Below, piece after piece: positions 25,382-35,300 of a stretch of 52,984 bases of DNA. The notes beneath the pieces were generated by a model. That model was not told the DNA's origin. It was given only the letters and a program-made list of their open reading frames with translations, and made no database searches. Location of the stretch: positions 1 to 52,984 of the IMG/VR virus record IMGVR_UViG_3300028602_000019, one strand, 5' to 3'. Position numbers and translations under genes: made by a program. The stretch is from a virus. Every line of letters begins with the position of its first letter. The first letter of the stretch is position 1.

Positions 25382-27912
25382 TTTTCTTCACCAACTAATT
25401 TCTTTAAAAAGTTTTCAGGACTCGTACCGAAATACTGAAGGTAATCCTCTGTGCTAGGCTTGTCTGTGACATGCCCATCAAATCCTTTTACCTTCTCAGA
25501 CGGATAAATCAATGAGACATTACTCTTATTGGTTTGCATTGCAGGAGTCAATGTTGCAAGGCTGATGACCTCGCTGTCTGCGTAATGCACGTCTACTCCC
25601 TTTTGTTTCAACTCTGCCTGTCTTGCAAACACCATCGCTTTGAAATCGACAACAGTCTTGCAACCTTTGGTCGCAACAATGTCTGGTTTCTCTTCGATAG
25701 GTTCTACAACGGGCACATCTTCTTTGGAAGTTTCTTTCACTTCCTCTTCGGACTTGTTTTCAACAACGGGAGCTTCAATAGATTCAGGTTCAACTACTGT
25801 ATCTGTAACAGTCTCAGTATCTCCTTTCTTCTTTTCTTTATTCTCAGGCTCTTCCTTCTTTTTTAAATTAGGAATGCCGTCTTTCTTTTCAGAAGTTGCT
25901 TCTTCATTATCAGTAGACTCGGACTTGTCTTCCCCTTCGGCTGGTTTTTCTTCCTGCTCTGGTTTCTCTCCATCATCCGACTTGCCATCAGATTCTTCTT
26001 CGGGGTCGTCTTCGTCTGTAGACTGGACTTCCTCTTCAGTATCTTCGGATTCCTTTTCAGAACCTTCTGTTGGCTTTTCGAATTGAGGAGGTACGTCACC
26101 CTTGGCATCTGTCTCTTCCTTCGCAACACCATTCATGGGTTGTTCGATACTCTCTTCAGAACCTTCTGCGGTTTCTCCGAGAATTGCATCTGCTATACTT
26201 TCATCATGACCAGTGTTTTCGGCACTGGATGCTTCAAGCTTCATTATCCTGATATTTATCTGGTCAAGTAATGCTAACATACTTGCCATAGTGGATGCAA
26301 TCATTGGTATGGAAGATTGGGTGTCAGACATAGCTGGAAGACCTTTGTCCTTCTCTACAGTTTGAGGAGCATCTGTAAGGGTTGCTTCTTCTGATTTTAT
26401 CTCAGGAGTTGCTACCTCTTCTTTACAACCTGCTTGTTTCTCAACCATCTTGCTCTCTCCTTTCATCTTGCGCTGTTTTAGTTCTAAAAACGCAAGTATA
26501 AACTCCTTCCCAGATGTCGTTGTAAGAAATTGTTGAACCTCATCATCAGAATATCTGGATAATATGGTTGCAACCTTTTTCACAATGTTCTGTAAAGTAG
26601 GAGTCGGGGTGTTTTGAATTGCATTGACATCAATATTCTCATCAGTGAGGTCTAGCTTGTCAGTTGGGTTTGTGGTATTGTTGATGTGATGTACGCGAAA
26701 TATATCGTGACATCCCCAAACACCAGCATGCTCATGCTGACCAGCAGGGCATTCGCCCTTTTCCACCTCATCATAGGATTCTTTCATGCCTTCTGCAATC
26801 GAGGATGCTACGGCAGGGTCTATTCTTCTTAAAGCTTCCAAGATACTGCCGATGTGCTTTTCCTCATCATGAATTATCTCGTTGAAAATAGCAAACACTT
26901 CTGTCTGCACCTCTTCAGTGAGATAATTGCCGAGTCTAATTGACTCCATGACTGTGTTATAACCGTGAATTGCTTCTTTTTCATCTACGATAAGATGCAC
27001 TAAAGAATCTAACAATTCATCGGAGTTGTTTATAGGTTTAGGACAGATGAGGATTGAATCCCCATCATCCCCTTTGGACACTTCGAATGCCCTGTAATCA
27101 GGATACATAGAAGAAATCGTAGATTTGTCTTCTTCATCCAGTTTACCGTTGATTAAAATCATACCTTCGTTGTATGATGTCTCCAGACCCTTTTCACCCA
27201 GGGTTTGCTTGAGTTGCATGTATTTCTTTTTTATCGGACACACTTCATCATGAAGTTCGACCACGTATGAATCATCGCCTTTGGCGTGTTCATTCACCTC
27301 TACTGGATATGTACTTGTATTCCTAGGGCTTCTGACATTTGACAACTCGAACCAGTGTTCGGGAATCAATCTGAAATAACAATGATTAGAATCACATTCC
27401 CTTATTGATTTAGAGAACGAACCTATTGAATATTTGGTCTTACCTTCGAGGAATTCCTTCCATGCCATGTCATACATCGGCTTATCTCTGAAGTAATTCA
27501 TGCATACTAAGATGCATGGTTTGCCTGTCCTCTCATCTATTCCTTTGAATACCTTCCAAGCAGTACCTACTACTTTATTGGAATGTGAATTGATTAGCAA
27601 TCCCCCAGAATCTACAAAGAATTGACCAGCGTCTACATATGCATCTACATCTGCCAGGTCATTATCTAAATCTACAATCTCAGTAGAAACATTGGCTAAC
27701 ACATAACGAGATGATTCACAATACTTAACCGACTCCCATGCGCATTCTCTGCAAAATTGTTCCATAGAGAAGCAATTTCCAATATCTGCATCTAGGTCAT
27801 CTTTGATTGAATCGAAAACCAGATTGTATTCTAATCTCCATTTTTCCTGGTCTTCAGGATGTAAAGAGTTACGTACGCCAGTAGGCAATTCCAAACAAGT
27901 AGTGTAACTCAT
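25378..27912 (-). CDS. Prohead protease/scaffold polyprotein with ferritin-like insert and acidic low-complexity region (844 aa)
   Basis: Lies between portal and capsid. The N-terminal LLINSHSNKVVGTAWKV resembles the prohead protease His region. Residues ~298-365 carry two E..H helices, and residues ~560-720 are an Asp/Glu/Lys-rich scaffold-like stretch. Confidence 0.55.
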   Translation of the reverse strand: MSYTTCLELPTGVRNSLHPEDQEKWRLEYNLVFDSIKDDLDADIGNCFSMEQFCRECAWESVKYCESSRYVLANVSTEIVDLDNDLADVDAYVDAGQFFVDSGGLLINSHSNKVVGTAWKVFKGIDERTGKPCILVCMNYFRDKPMYDMAWKEFLEGKTKYSIGSFSKSIRECDSNHCYFRLIPEHWFELSNVRSPRNTSTYPVEVNEHAKGDDSYVVELHDEVCPIKKKYMQLKQTLGEKGLETSYNEGMILINGKLDEEDKSTISSMYPDYRAFEVSKGDDGDSILICPKPINNSDELLDSLVHLIVDEKEAIHGYNTVMESIRLGNYLTEEVQTEVFAIFNEIIHDEEKHIGSILEALRRIDPAVASSIAEGMKESYDEVEKGECPAGQHEHAGVWGCHDIFRVHHINNTTNPTDKLDLTDENIDVNAIQNTPTPTLQNIVKKVATILSRYSDDEVQQFLTTTSGKEFILAFLELKQRKMKGESKMVEKQAGCKEEVATPEIKSEEATLTDAPQTVEKDKGLPAMSDTQSSIPMIASTMASMLALLDQINIRIMKLEASSAENTGHDESIADAILGETAEGSEESIEQPMNGVAKEETDAKGDVPPQFEKPTEGSEKESEDTEEEVQSTDEDDPEEESDGKSDDGEKPEQEEKPAEGEDKSESTDNEEATSEKKDGIPNLKKKEEPENKEKKKGDTETVTDTVVEPESIEAPVVENKSEEEVKETSKEDVPVVEPIEEKPDIVATKGCKTVVDFKAMVFARQAELKQKGVDVHYADSEVISLATLTPAMQTNKSNVSLIYPSEKVKGFDGHVTDKPSTEDYLQYFGTSPENFLKKLVGEEK

Positions 27913-29645
27913 CTTACAACAACTCCATGCTTTAATAGTATCTTCTTAGCATCTTCAATGCTAACTTCGACTTCACCCTTTGTCATCTCCATAAGATTGT
28001 CTCCGTGTGAATCGGATTGTTTGGACTTAGACATGTTATAACCATTATCGCCTTCGGACTCTGCTTCCATGTCTTCTACTCCTTGCCCTTCTGCTCCGCC
28101 TGCTGGCTGGAACAGAGACTTTATAGGGTCTAGTTTACGAGGGGTATAAGAAATCTCAATCTTGCCATCTTTCTGAGAGATGATGTCGAATCCCAAATCT
28201 TTAGCCATCTTGGCATTCATGAGGTTCTTGTTGAATTCCTCCGCTTCATCAATAGATTGATTATCAGGAGGTTCAACTACACGAAGTTCCCAGTCCACGA
28301 TACCTTTGTATTTGGATTTGATGAATTTTAAAAAGTCGTTGACGTGCGTTCTGATTCCTACGAGATTCCTGTCCATTATATCCATAAGGCTGCTTTCGTT
28401 GGAATTTCCCTTCAGAGAATTGGTATCTCCTGTGAACAAACCAGACACTCCGAATATTGCAGATATTCTCTGTTGCAATTCAGATTTGACTGCCATCATC
28501 TGCTCTGTAGGATTGTCTGCCAAAGGATGCCATTTAGTACTTGTGACTTTATCTGAAGAAGGAGGGATACCGATAATAGGGATAGTATAAGGGTCATCCT
28601 TCATCTGTATCTTGATAGTCTGTGTGACTGTCGCTAATGCATCAGGACCTGCGTTATTGATTACGAATATACCTTGAGGATGCCCTACCGAATAATATTT
28701 CTCCACTCTCAATTCCATTGCAATCCATGCGCGTACATCTGATTCCACCAGTAAACTGAGTGGCAATCCATATGTCATTGAATCTACACCGTAATGACTG
28801 CAATAAATCTCTGGAGAAGCGTAATATTCTCCACTGGTCTCTTGTCCACCGTCATTCTCAAAGATGGACCAGCGAGCAGGATATATCCTTTTTCCATTAA
28901 AATATCCTGTATTCTTAATCTCATCTGAATACAAATCAACATTTGTAGTTCTATCATCAAGAGAGAACCCGTATCCGTCTCCTGGAGTTCCTGAATCATC
29001 GAATATCATTCTTGCTTTAGAAGGAGATAATGGGATGAACTGTTGCGGAATCTCTTCCAGAACGTTGACGTGTTCGTCAACCAGATAAACTGATTTACAT
29101 AATATAACTGGTTGATTGTATGTTAAACTGATTGTGAGAAACGACCTGCATAATTGCAATAATGTCCATCCGTTCTCGTTCACCTTATCGAAAAGGCTTC
29201 CGCCTTCCCAGTTTATGAGAAGTTTCTGCTGAGTTGTGTCTGGTTTGAGCATATCTCCCTCAAAACCGCAACTTGAGCATAATCTCATAGAACGTTGGAA
29301 TGTTTCACCACATCTAGGACATTTCGATTGAAATTTAGGAACCCATTCTATTCCGTTCCTCAATGCTTCCAAACATATCCTGATTACAACAGTAGATAGG
29401 ATTGAACAATTGAAAAAATAGAATGAAGCTCTGCGATACTGGTCTACAAAATATTGAGAATTCCTATTCCTGTATTCTATATTCTTAGGAGTAGGTGCTG
29501 ATAAGATATTAGACTCGAATACTTTACCTTGTCTAATAGGGTCTTTTAAGGAATACTGCTTTGTCAGAGGGTTTCCTATGATAGATAAATCGTCATAAAT
29601 AGAAACACCCTTTCTACATTCTTGCAGTTCACTTATAATAGACAT
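27909..29645 (-). CDS. Portal protein (578 aa)
   Basis: Size, first gene of the head operon behind a late promoter, acidic C-terminus. Positional call. Confidence 0.6.
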   Translation of the reverse strand: MSIISELQECRKGVSIYDDLSIIGNPLTKQYSLKDPIRQGKVFESNILSAPTPKNIEYRNRNSQYFVDQYRRASFYFFNCSILSTVVIRICLEALRNGIEWVPKFQSKCPRCGETFQRSMRLCSSCGFEGDMLKPDTTQQKLLINWEGGSLFDKVNENGWTLLQLCRSFLTISLTYNQPVILCKSVYLVDEHVNVLEEIPQQFIPLSPSKARMIFDDSGTPGDGYGFSLDDRTTNVDLYSDEIKNTGYFNGKRIYPARWSIFENDGGQETSGEYYASPEIYCSHYGVDSMTYGLPLSLLVESDVRAWIAMELRVEKYYSVGHPQGIFVINNAGPDALATVTQTIKIQMKDDPYTIPIIGIPPSSDKVTSTKWHPLADNPTEQMMAVKSELQQRISAIFGVSGLFTGDTNSLKGNSNESSLMDIMDRNLVGIRTHVNDFLKFIKSKYKGIVDWELRVVEPPDNQSIDEAEEFNKNLMNAKMAKDLGFDIISQKDGKIEISYTPRKLDPIKSLFQPAGGAEGQGVEDMEAESEGDNGYNMSKSKQSDSHGDNLMEMTKGEVEVSIEDAKKILLKHGVVVR

Positions 29646-29653
29646 ATCTGAAT

Positions 29654-29684
29654 GAGTATATATCTCTTAAAAATATAAAGAGTG
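29654..29684 (-). promoter_or_regulatory. Late promoter motif copy 5
   Basis: The minus strand reads CACTCTTTATATTTTTAAGAGATATATACTC, ~30 nt upstream of the ATG at 29645, implying a near-leaderless mRNA. Confidence 0.6.
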
Positions 29685-29715
29685 TTAATAAAAAAATAAA
29701 AAGTTTAAAGATGGA

Positions 29716-30072
29716 TTATAATGATTTGACATCCAGCTTATCGTATGCAATAGAATGCTCTTCCATAGCAAATGTTAAGAATCCAAACCCGACATTTTCT
29801 TTGGTTCCGCCTTCTCTTTTGAACGTTTCTACACCCGTCAATTCACTAGGAATCTCATTGTCATTCTCTATATATAAAGGTTCATAAATATAGAATTTTC
29901 TAACTACATCCATATTTCCTAATTTTTCAGGAACTTTCATAAACCAAGTATATGTATTCGAATATAGTTTATATCCTGTTATTTTAGAAACTACCCTGAA
30001 TGCATATTCTACCGAACTGTTTTTGAGGTCTGAATTCGGACCGACATCTTTTCTTGCTACAATTATATACAT
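29716..30072 (-). CDS. Hypothetical protein (118 aa)
   Basis: Co-directional, tightly spaced ORF. No motif recognised. Confidence 0.45.
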   Translation of the reverse strand: MYIIVARKDVGPNSDLKNSSVEYAFRVVSKITGYKLYSNTYTWFMKVPEKLGNMDVVRKFYIYEPLYIENDNEIPSELTGVETFKREGGTKENVGFGFLTFAMEEHSIAYDKLDVKSL

Positions 30073-30076
30073 ATTT

Positions 30077-30445
30077 TCACCTTCTGAATGCTCTGTTCTC
30101 TACCAATTTTCCAAACCAAGTCTGAGTATGGCATCTGCTACACTCTTGCGGAGGGATAGGCATCAAATACTTCATACCGCAGTGCGGACAAACATAATCT
30201 GGACTATCCACATCTGGAGCGACTTCTCCACCCAATTGATTGAATGCTTTTTCTTGAATAAGGTCATGCATGGAAATATCTGCCAATCTGAATTCACCAG
30301 CAGGTAGATTTGTTGTGATATCATCTCTGAATTCATCATCAACTGTTCTAACACGTCTGGTTCTTTCGTCGCGATATGATTTTACAATCATCTTATCCAA
30401 TGCCTGGTCATCCTTCGGAAGCGGTCTGTTGAACGGTGCAATCAT
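30077..30445 (-). CDS. Zinc-ribbon protein (122 aa)
   Basis: CPHCG...(14)...CSRC four-Cys ribbon near the C-terminus. Confidence 0.5.
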   Translation of the reverse strand: MIAPFNRPLPKDDQALDKMIVKSYRDERTRRVRTVDDEFRDDITTNLPAGEFRLADISMHDLIQEKAFNQLGGEVAPDVDSPDYVCPHCGMKYLMPIPPQECSRCHTQTWFGKLVENRAFRR

Positions 30446-30690
30446 CTTTTAATCTCTCCTGTTTGTTTTGCCTTCATACGTATCTTAGCTAATTCTCTAG
30501 CTATTTCCCATGCACCATCAGGATTTACCCAATTTACAACATCAGACGATAAAAATGGCGAGTTGCATCTAGGACATCTATCTTCCGCCACTCCGTATTT
30601 TGAAAATACAGCGAAGCAGGAAGGGCAGATAACAGGGTTATCCGCTCCATACTGCATTTGTTTGAATTGCATTCCAGACATGATAAGCAC
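30442..30690 (-). CDS. Zinc-ribbon protein (82 aa)
   Basis: CPSC...(14)...CPRC four-Cys ribbon. Overlaps the downstream start by 4 nt. Confidence 0.5.
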   Translation of the reverse strand: MLIMSGMQFKQMQYGADNPVICPSCFAVFSKYGVAEDRCPRCNSPFLSSDVVNWVNPDGAWEIARELAKIRMKAKQTGEIKR

Positions 30691-30718
30691 AAATAAATGT
30701 AAATATATAAAATATAGT

Positions 30719-31354
30719 TTACCTTTTCCTTACATACACCATATCTGCATGAGCACAATTCATACAGCACATCTCTCCAGCTTGGTCCAGCATATCAAGA
30801 TTATCACAACTAAAATCTGCATCTACTGTATCCATGTCGTTCCAACAGAAACAAATCTTAGGCAACACCATCTCGATAGGTGTGGCTTCCTGAACAGGAA
30901 CGAACTCTTCTTCTTTTACAGAAGTTTGAGGAACATTATTCCCCCAAGGTGAGAATGTCTGAGTGGTTTTAGGTGTTGTAACAGGAGTTGTAGCAACTGA
31001 GATAGTAGGTTTGACTCCTCCATTATTAATAGGCAATTCCTGCTTACTGCAAGTGTGCGCTCCATCTTCATCCACATAGAAATAAAAGGTCTGACTGCAA
31101 TGCCTTCCTCCTACTTCTGTATTCCAATCCCCGACTCCCATCATGTAACTTGCTTCTGGCAAATCCAATGTAATTTCTACTTTTTGATTACCAGGGATTC
31201 TTTTTCCACCAATCATCGTATTATAATTGACAAAGGACGTGGAATCCATATTCTTCAACCACCATGACATTTTAGTGGCTTTACCGTTAGATTCCAACGC
31301 GTTATATTGTTCGTTACTCAACCAATGCTCTCCGACTACTTCACAATTTACCAT
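30719..31354 (-). CDS. Hypothetical protein with C-terminal Cys cluster
   Basis: The ORF track gives a TTG start at 31363; an ATG lies at 31354. The C-terminus CFCW...C...CCMNCAH is metal-binding-like. Sits next to radA. An SSB-like role is only a guess. Confidence 0.45.
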   Translation of the reverse strand: MVNCEVVGEHWLSNEQYNALESNGKATKMSWWLKNMDSTSFVNYNTMIGGKRIPGNQKVEITLDLPEASYMMGVGDWNTEVGGRHCSQTFYFYVDEDGAHTCSKQELPINNGGVKPTISVATTPVTTPKTTQTFSPWGNNVPQTSVKEEEFVPVQEATPIEMVLPKICFCWNDMDTVDADFSCDNLDMLDQAGEMCCMNCAHADMVYVRKR

Positions 31355-31397
31355 ATATATCAATCCTGTTAGCCTTTATTAGTATAAATAGTTTACT

Positions 31398-32399
31398 TCA
31401 ATCATCACATATACCTTTTTCGTTCAATGTAGCTACGCATTCTCCATTGGGCAAAAATGGACATTTCTCCAATTTTATAACCCTTTTTCCAGCTTTACCT
31501 CTTCTTATCAGAAGTCTTACAGCGGAGGCATGACCTAATATGTTTCCTCCAACTGCCTCGGCAGGGTCTACGAACATCATCGCGTCTGGTCTCATGGACA
31601 TCTGATTGGTCATAAGGACCACTGCATCATTGTTCTTGGCGAATCTCAACAAATCTGCTAAATATCCATTGAGCAACTGCTGTCTTTCTGCCAAAGCTCC
31701 CCTACCTATATATTCACTTCTGAAATGGCTGATTACGGAATCTATAATCAACAATTTGACAGGATGCTCTCTGGCGAATTCTCTGATTTTATCCATCACT
31801 ACTATCTGATACGATGAACTTGTTGCATCTATGTGCTTTATCTTTGAGAGAGTATCGTTTACATCATATCCCCGTTTAAGGGCTATTTCCGCTACCCTAG
31901 AAGCCCTGAACGTGTTCTCGGTATCTACAACTACCACATACCCGTCCAAACCGCCTTCTAGGAGGGTTCTAGTAGCCATTACGGCTGCTGTGAGACAGCA
32001 TTGTGTCTTACCTATGCCATTAAGCGAATGAATCTCTGTCAATAGTCTGGTAGAATACCCTCCTCCGATTAGATTGTTGAATTCCTCAGAACCTGTTGTG
32101 AGTTTTGGAGATTCTTTTTCTAAAATCAGCATTTCCTCACAGTTCTCAAGATTTCCAATCTGAGCCAAAGTACGTGCATTGGAGATAATTTTCTCAGCTG
32201 CCGATTTAGCGAATCCTGTTCTATCTATGAAATCTCCTATGGGTGCAGATGCTATTGCGAGCATTGTCAAATAACCTGCATCAATGAGCTTATTAGCTCC
32301 TGCATCTCCTATTCCTTTCAATTCCTTTAACTGAGAAGCTATAAGCTCTCTATCTATGTTTGACTTAACACCTGTTATATTTTGCTCATCTTCTTGCAT
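31398..32399 (-). CDS. radA: RadA/Rad51-type recombinase
   Basis: Carries an HhH motif (LKELKGIGDAGANKLIDAGY), Walker A (NGIGKTQ) and Walker B (LLIIDSV). The ATG at 32399 has a GGAGGT ribosome-binding site. The upstream extension to 32543 in the ORF track overlaps the preceding gene. Confidence 0.85.
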   Translation of the reverse strand: MQEDEQNITGVKSNIDRELIASQLKELKGIGDAGANKLIDAGYLTMLAIASAPIGDFIDRTGFAKSAAEKIISNARTLAQIGNLENCEEMLILEKESPKLTTGSEEFNNLIGGGYSTRLLTEIHSLNGIGKTQCCLTAAVMATRTLLEGGLDGYVVVVDTENTFRASRVAEIALKRGYDVNDTLSKIKHIDATSSSYQIVVMDKIREFAREHPVKLLIIDSVISHFRSEYIGRGALAERQQLLNGYLADLLRFAKNNDAVVLMTNQMSMRPDAMMFVDPAEAVGGNILGHASAVRLLIRRGKAGKRVIKLEKCPFLPNGECVATLNEKGICDD

Positions 32400-32832
32400 T
32401 TGTACCTCCAAACTTACCACCCTTTGAATCTTCAGGCAGAATCCTATCGAATCTGATTGTATCGCTATCATATGTATCATTGCAAAGATAGCGAATCCTA
32501 TAATACCCGAACGCTTTTCCGTATATATGTGTTTTGGCATCACAGATTTTTATCACATAATATGAATTGGATTGTGAATTGTGCTGTACTCTTACATCTA
32601 AGTCGCATCTGTTTATCTTGTTGCGTAATGTAATCCACGCACGGGGTGACATATTCCCAAATCCAGCACGCTCTTCCAATGCTACTCTTTTACACTCCGA
32701 TACCGACTCGCCTGTTGAATACACTATCTTCGTGGATAAGCTGTCAGATATCAGTGCATAATATCTTTTCCCCCAATCTAACTTTTCACATGGAGGCAAG
32801 GATACTTCTATACACTTGTTCGATTCATTCAT
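32386..32832 (-). CDS. Hypothetical protein (148 aa)
   Basis: Co-directional ORF between the helicase gene and radA. No motif recognised. Confidence 0.45.
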   Translation of the reverse strand: MNESNKCIEVSLPPCEKLDWGKRYYALISDSLSTKIVYSTGESVSECKRVALEERAGFGNMSPRAWITLRNKINRCDLDVRVQHNSQSNSYYVIKICDAKTHIYGKAFGYYRIRYLCNDTYDSDTIRFDRILPEDSKGGKFGGTNARR

Positions 32833-32871
32833 GTTTATGTATGATTGAAAGAATATTTAAACTCTCTTATC

Positions 32872-34485
32872 TCATATATCTTTGAATACGTACATGTAAT
32901 CGGATTTACCAAACGAACTTGTGTGGACTCTTGTGTACTTTAAACCAAACTTCTTCATATATTGAGTAAATCTGGTTTGAGAACTGCAAGGTCTCCCTAT
33001 TTCATCAGCATACTCCTTCAAATCCTTATACGCTTCGAAATCTGTTTCGAATCTTTCACGATTGAGTAGGGAATCATGTACTTGTTGTTTATTCATGATG
33101 TCCAACTCCAACACATTGTACAGATAATCATCAATGATGTTACTGAAAACCATCATATCTGTTTTGGTCTGGTATGCACAAGCACATTCAGAATATTCGC
33201 CTGTAAGCTTCATACCTGGCTCATATTCTTTCCCGTGCATGGCGTTGTTTATGAATCTTCTGAATCCGTTCAATGCTTCCAAAGCAAACCACTCTATTGC
33301 GGATTCTTCCTTGAATAATTCAGCGATGGTCCTGTTCTCCTTGAAGGTCTTATTGAATGGAACTGCTTGCAATCTTCTCTGAGCACCGCCTGTTGTATCT
33401 CCTAAATTCAGAAACACATTAGATGCAAATACGAATTTGGGTGATAAGAACCCGATATGCGGTTGTTTATATTTGGGATTAATCTCTATGGATTCACCTG
33501 AAGATGATGTTTTCATACATGATGGAACAGCCGATACTGATTTGAATGCGGATTCGTGTGCTCCTGTTGACGAATCAGACAGGATGTTCATCGCTTTATC
33601 TTCCATAGATGCAGCCACATGGTCGTTAGCCATTCCTTCCAGAGTCACCTGTGAATAATTATCCTTCCCTACGATACGCATGATGGCATTCACAGCAGCT
33701 GATTTACCATTGCTTCCAGATTCACCGTACATGACAAAATAAGTAGGGATGAAAAATGTAGATGCATAAAGCGTATATCCAACCAATTCGAAAAAATATT
33801 TATATGTGTCGTCATCGTCGAACATCTCCCTATAATATTTTTCGATAGGATGATTCATATTGATTGGGTTGTAATTCACTTGCAACGCGGATGTTTTGAA
33901 GATACATGGAGTTGGTGGTAGGAGCATATCATATCTCAAACTATAATATCCATTCTTAAAAGCGATGACTTCTCCATCTGTGTACAATGTTCTCATCTTT
34001 TCAAACTCAGGAGTGATGACAATGTCCTCTATCAATGGCAGGGAAGGAATCACATTCATCCGAATCATGGAATCGAAATTAGCAGGAATCAAACAGTCTT
34101 TGTATTGTTTATGAATCAGATGGATGCACATGGATACTATATCTTCCGTGTCAAAGGGGATATAAACTCCCTGAGAATCCGAATAGACATATATCCTCTG
34201 GATAGCTCCGCGATGTCTTCCATCTATGACATTACTACGTCCTACGAAATAATCATCCCTCATATATCTGGTTATTTCTGCATAATTTATCTTTAATTTG
34301 CCTGAATCTTCTGTTACAAAATAATAATCAGAGGTCTTATTCTCGATATATCCTAAAGATACTCTTTTGACATTTATTGTAGAAGAAGGAATGAGGATTC
34401 CTTTTTCATCGAAGATTCTTTCATCGCAGTTTGACATAAAGGCTATAATAGAGTTAGAATACTTAAATATGTCGTATGAAATCAT
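32872..34485 (-). CDS. D5/P4-type SF3 replicative helicase (primase-helicase family, C-terminal domain)
   Basis: Walker A reads YGESGSNGKSAAVN. The overall layout matches phage/plasmid primase P4-family C-terminal domains. I see no primase motif in the N-terminal 240 aa. Confidence 0.7.
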   Translation of the reverse strand: MISYDIFKYSNSIIAFMSNCDERIFDEKGILIPSSTINVKRVSLGYIENKTSDYYFVTEDSGKLKINYAEITRYMRDDYFVGRSNVIDGRHRGAIQRIYVYSDSQGVYIPFDTEDIVSMCIHLIHKQYKDCLIPANFDSMIRMNVIPSLPLIEDIVITPEFEKMRTLYTDGEVIAFKNGYYSLRYDMLLPPTPCIFKTSALQVNYNPINMNHPIEKYYREMFDDDDTYKYFFELVGYTLYASTFFIPTYFVMYGESGSNGKSAAVNAIMRIVGKDNYSQVTLEGMANDHVAASMEDKAMNILSDSSTGAHESAFKSVSAVPSCMKTSSSGESIEINPKYKQPHIGFLSPKFVFASNVFLNLGDTTGGAQRRLQAVPFNKTFKENRTIAELFKEESAIEWFALEALNGFRRFINNAMHGKEYEPGMKLTGEYSECACAYQTKTDMMVFSNIIDDYLYNVLELDIMNKQQVHDSLLNRERFETDFEAYKDLKEYADEIGRPCSSQTRFTQYMKKFGLKYTRVHTSSFGKSDYMYVFKDI

Positions 34486-34943
34486 TGATGATTAATTGAC
34501 GTTCTATGAACAATAACGATTGTTAAGTTCAAGATACAAGCTTCCAAATTCGATTATGAACAAGGAGATGCTCATACAAAACCTAGGCAGATAAACCATC
34601 CAATCTTAGTTATATATAATATATAATAATAAGAATATTATTTACACTGTTCAATGTTCAACTTGTTCAAGTAAAAAAATAAATATATAATTAGGGCTCC
34701 TAAAACATTATAATAAGAAGATTGCGCGTACGCGCACGTGAGGCTTTTGTAGTTGAACAATTCGACACCTGCACAAACTTCTAAAAACCAACCTCCCGAA
34801 AACCATAGGGAAGTAGTTATCTTTCTGTCGAAGTTTGAATTATGCAAGTAGGTGTATGCAGTTTTAGTATTTAAAACGTAGTTTATAGCAGGTCAATGTA
34901 TTTCTTTATATTTCTAAGATGTATTATACACCTAGGTGAAAGA
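34486..34943. promoter_or_regulatory. Divergent intergenic control region, candidate replication origin
   Basis: 458 bp without a convincing ORF between the leftward and rightward gene blocks. Contains six copies of TGAACA/TGTTCA (three in tandem at 34648-34670), the GC palindrome GCGCGTACGCGC (34724-34735) plus CACGTG, and AT-rich tracts. Confidence 0.5.
34902..34933 (+). promoter_or_regulatory. Late-type promoter motif copy 7 (plus strand)
   Basis: TTCTTTATATTTCTAAGATGTATTATACACCT, followed by an AGGTGA ribosome-binding site and the ATG at 34944. Confidence 0.55.
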
Positions 34944-35300
34944 ATGAGTTTCGACATTAACGTAGTTATCGCATTCGTGATTGCAGCTGTAATCGTATTC
35001 GGCATAATGTTTTACAAAATCAAAGAGAAAGAGAAAGGTATCAGCATGAAGGATGCATTGGCATCTAAAATCATCAAGACTGCTCAAGGTCTCGTCGATA
35101 AGTATGAAGTGGAAATCAAAGCATATGATACAAAGCATGGAACTACATATTGGGAAGATTTGAATACGATGCTTGCCAAGATGTATGCATTGCTTACGGA
35201 TGAAGATATCGGAATCATGGGATATATTCAGGCTATTTTGGATATGGAGCCAGAAATTGAGAAAATCATGAAAGATGTCGGTTTGATAGATAAAGATTGA
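34944..35300 (+). CDS. Small membrane-anchored protein
   Basis: The ORF track start at 34896 would place the promoter motif inside the gene. The ATG at 34944 has a ribosome-binding site. N-terminal hydrophobic helix VVIAFVIAAVIVFGIMFY. Confidence 0.55.
   Translation: MSFDINVVIAFVIAAVIVFGIMFYKIKEKEKGISMKDALASKIIKTAQGLVDKYEVEIKAYDTKHGTTYWEDLNTMLAKMYALLTDEDIGIMGYIQAILDMEPEIEKIMKDVGLIDKD

Noticed and set aside
25640-26100. Apparent nucleotide-level repeats (GAAGAA/TCTTC-rich) in the scaffold gene
   Set aside because: This is a low-complexity acidic coding region (Glu/Asp/Lys-rich scaffold segment), not discrete tandem repeats or a regulatory array.
32400-32543. 48-codon N-terminal extension of the RadA ORF in the track
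   Set aside because: It overlaps the preceding gene and is hydrophobic and non-RadA-like. An ATG with a GGAGGT ribosome-binding site at 32399 gives a normal RadA N-terminus.
34638-34847. 69-aa minus-strand ORF in the divergent intergenic region
   Set aside because: It has a TTG start, no ribosome-binding site and a low-complexity translation. It spans the GC palindrome and the iterated motifs, which are more likely regulatory or origin DNA.
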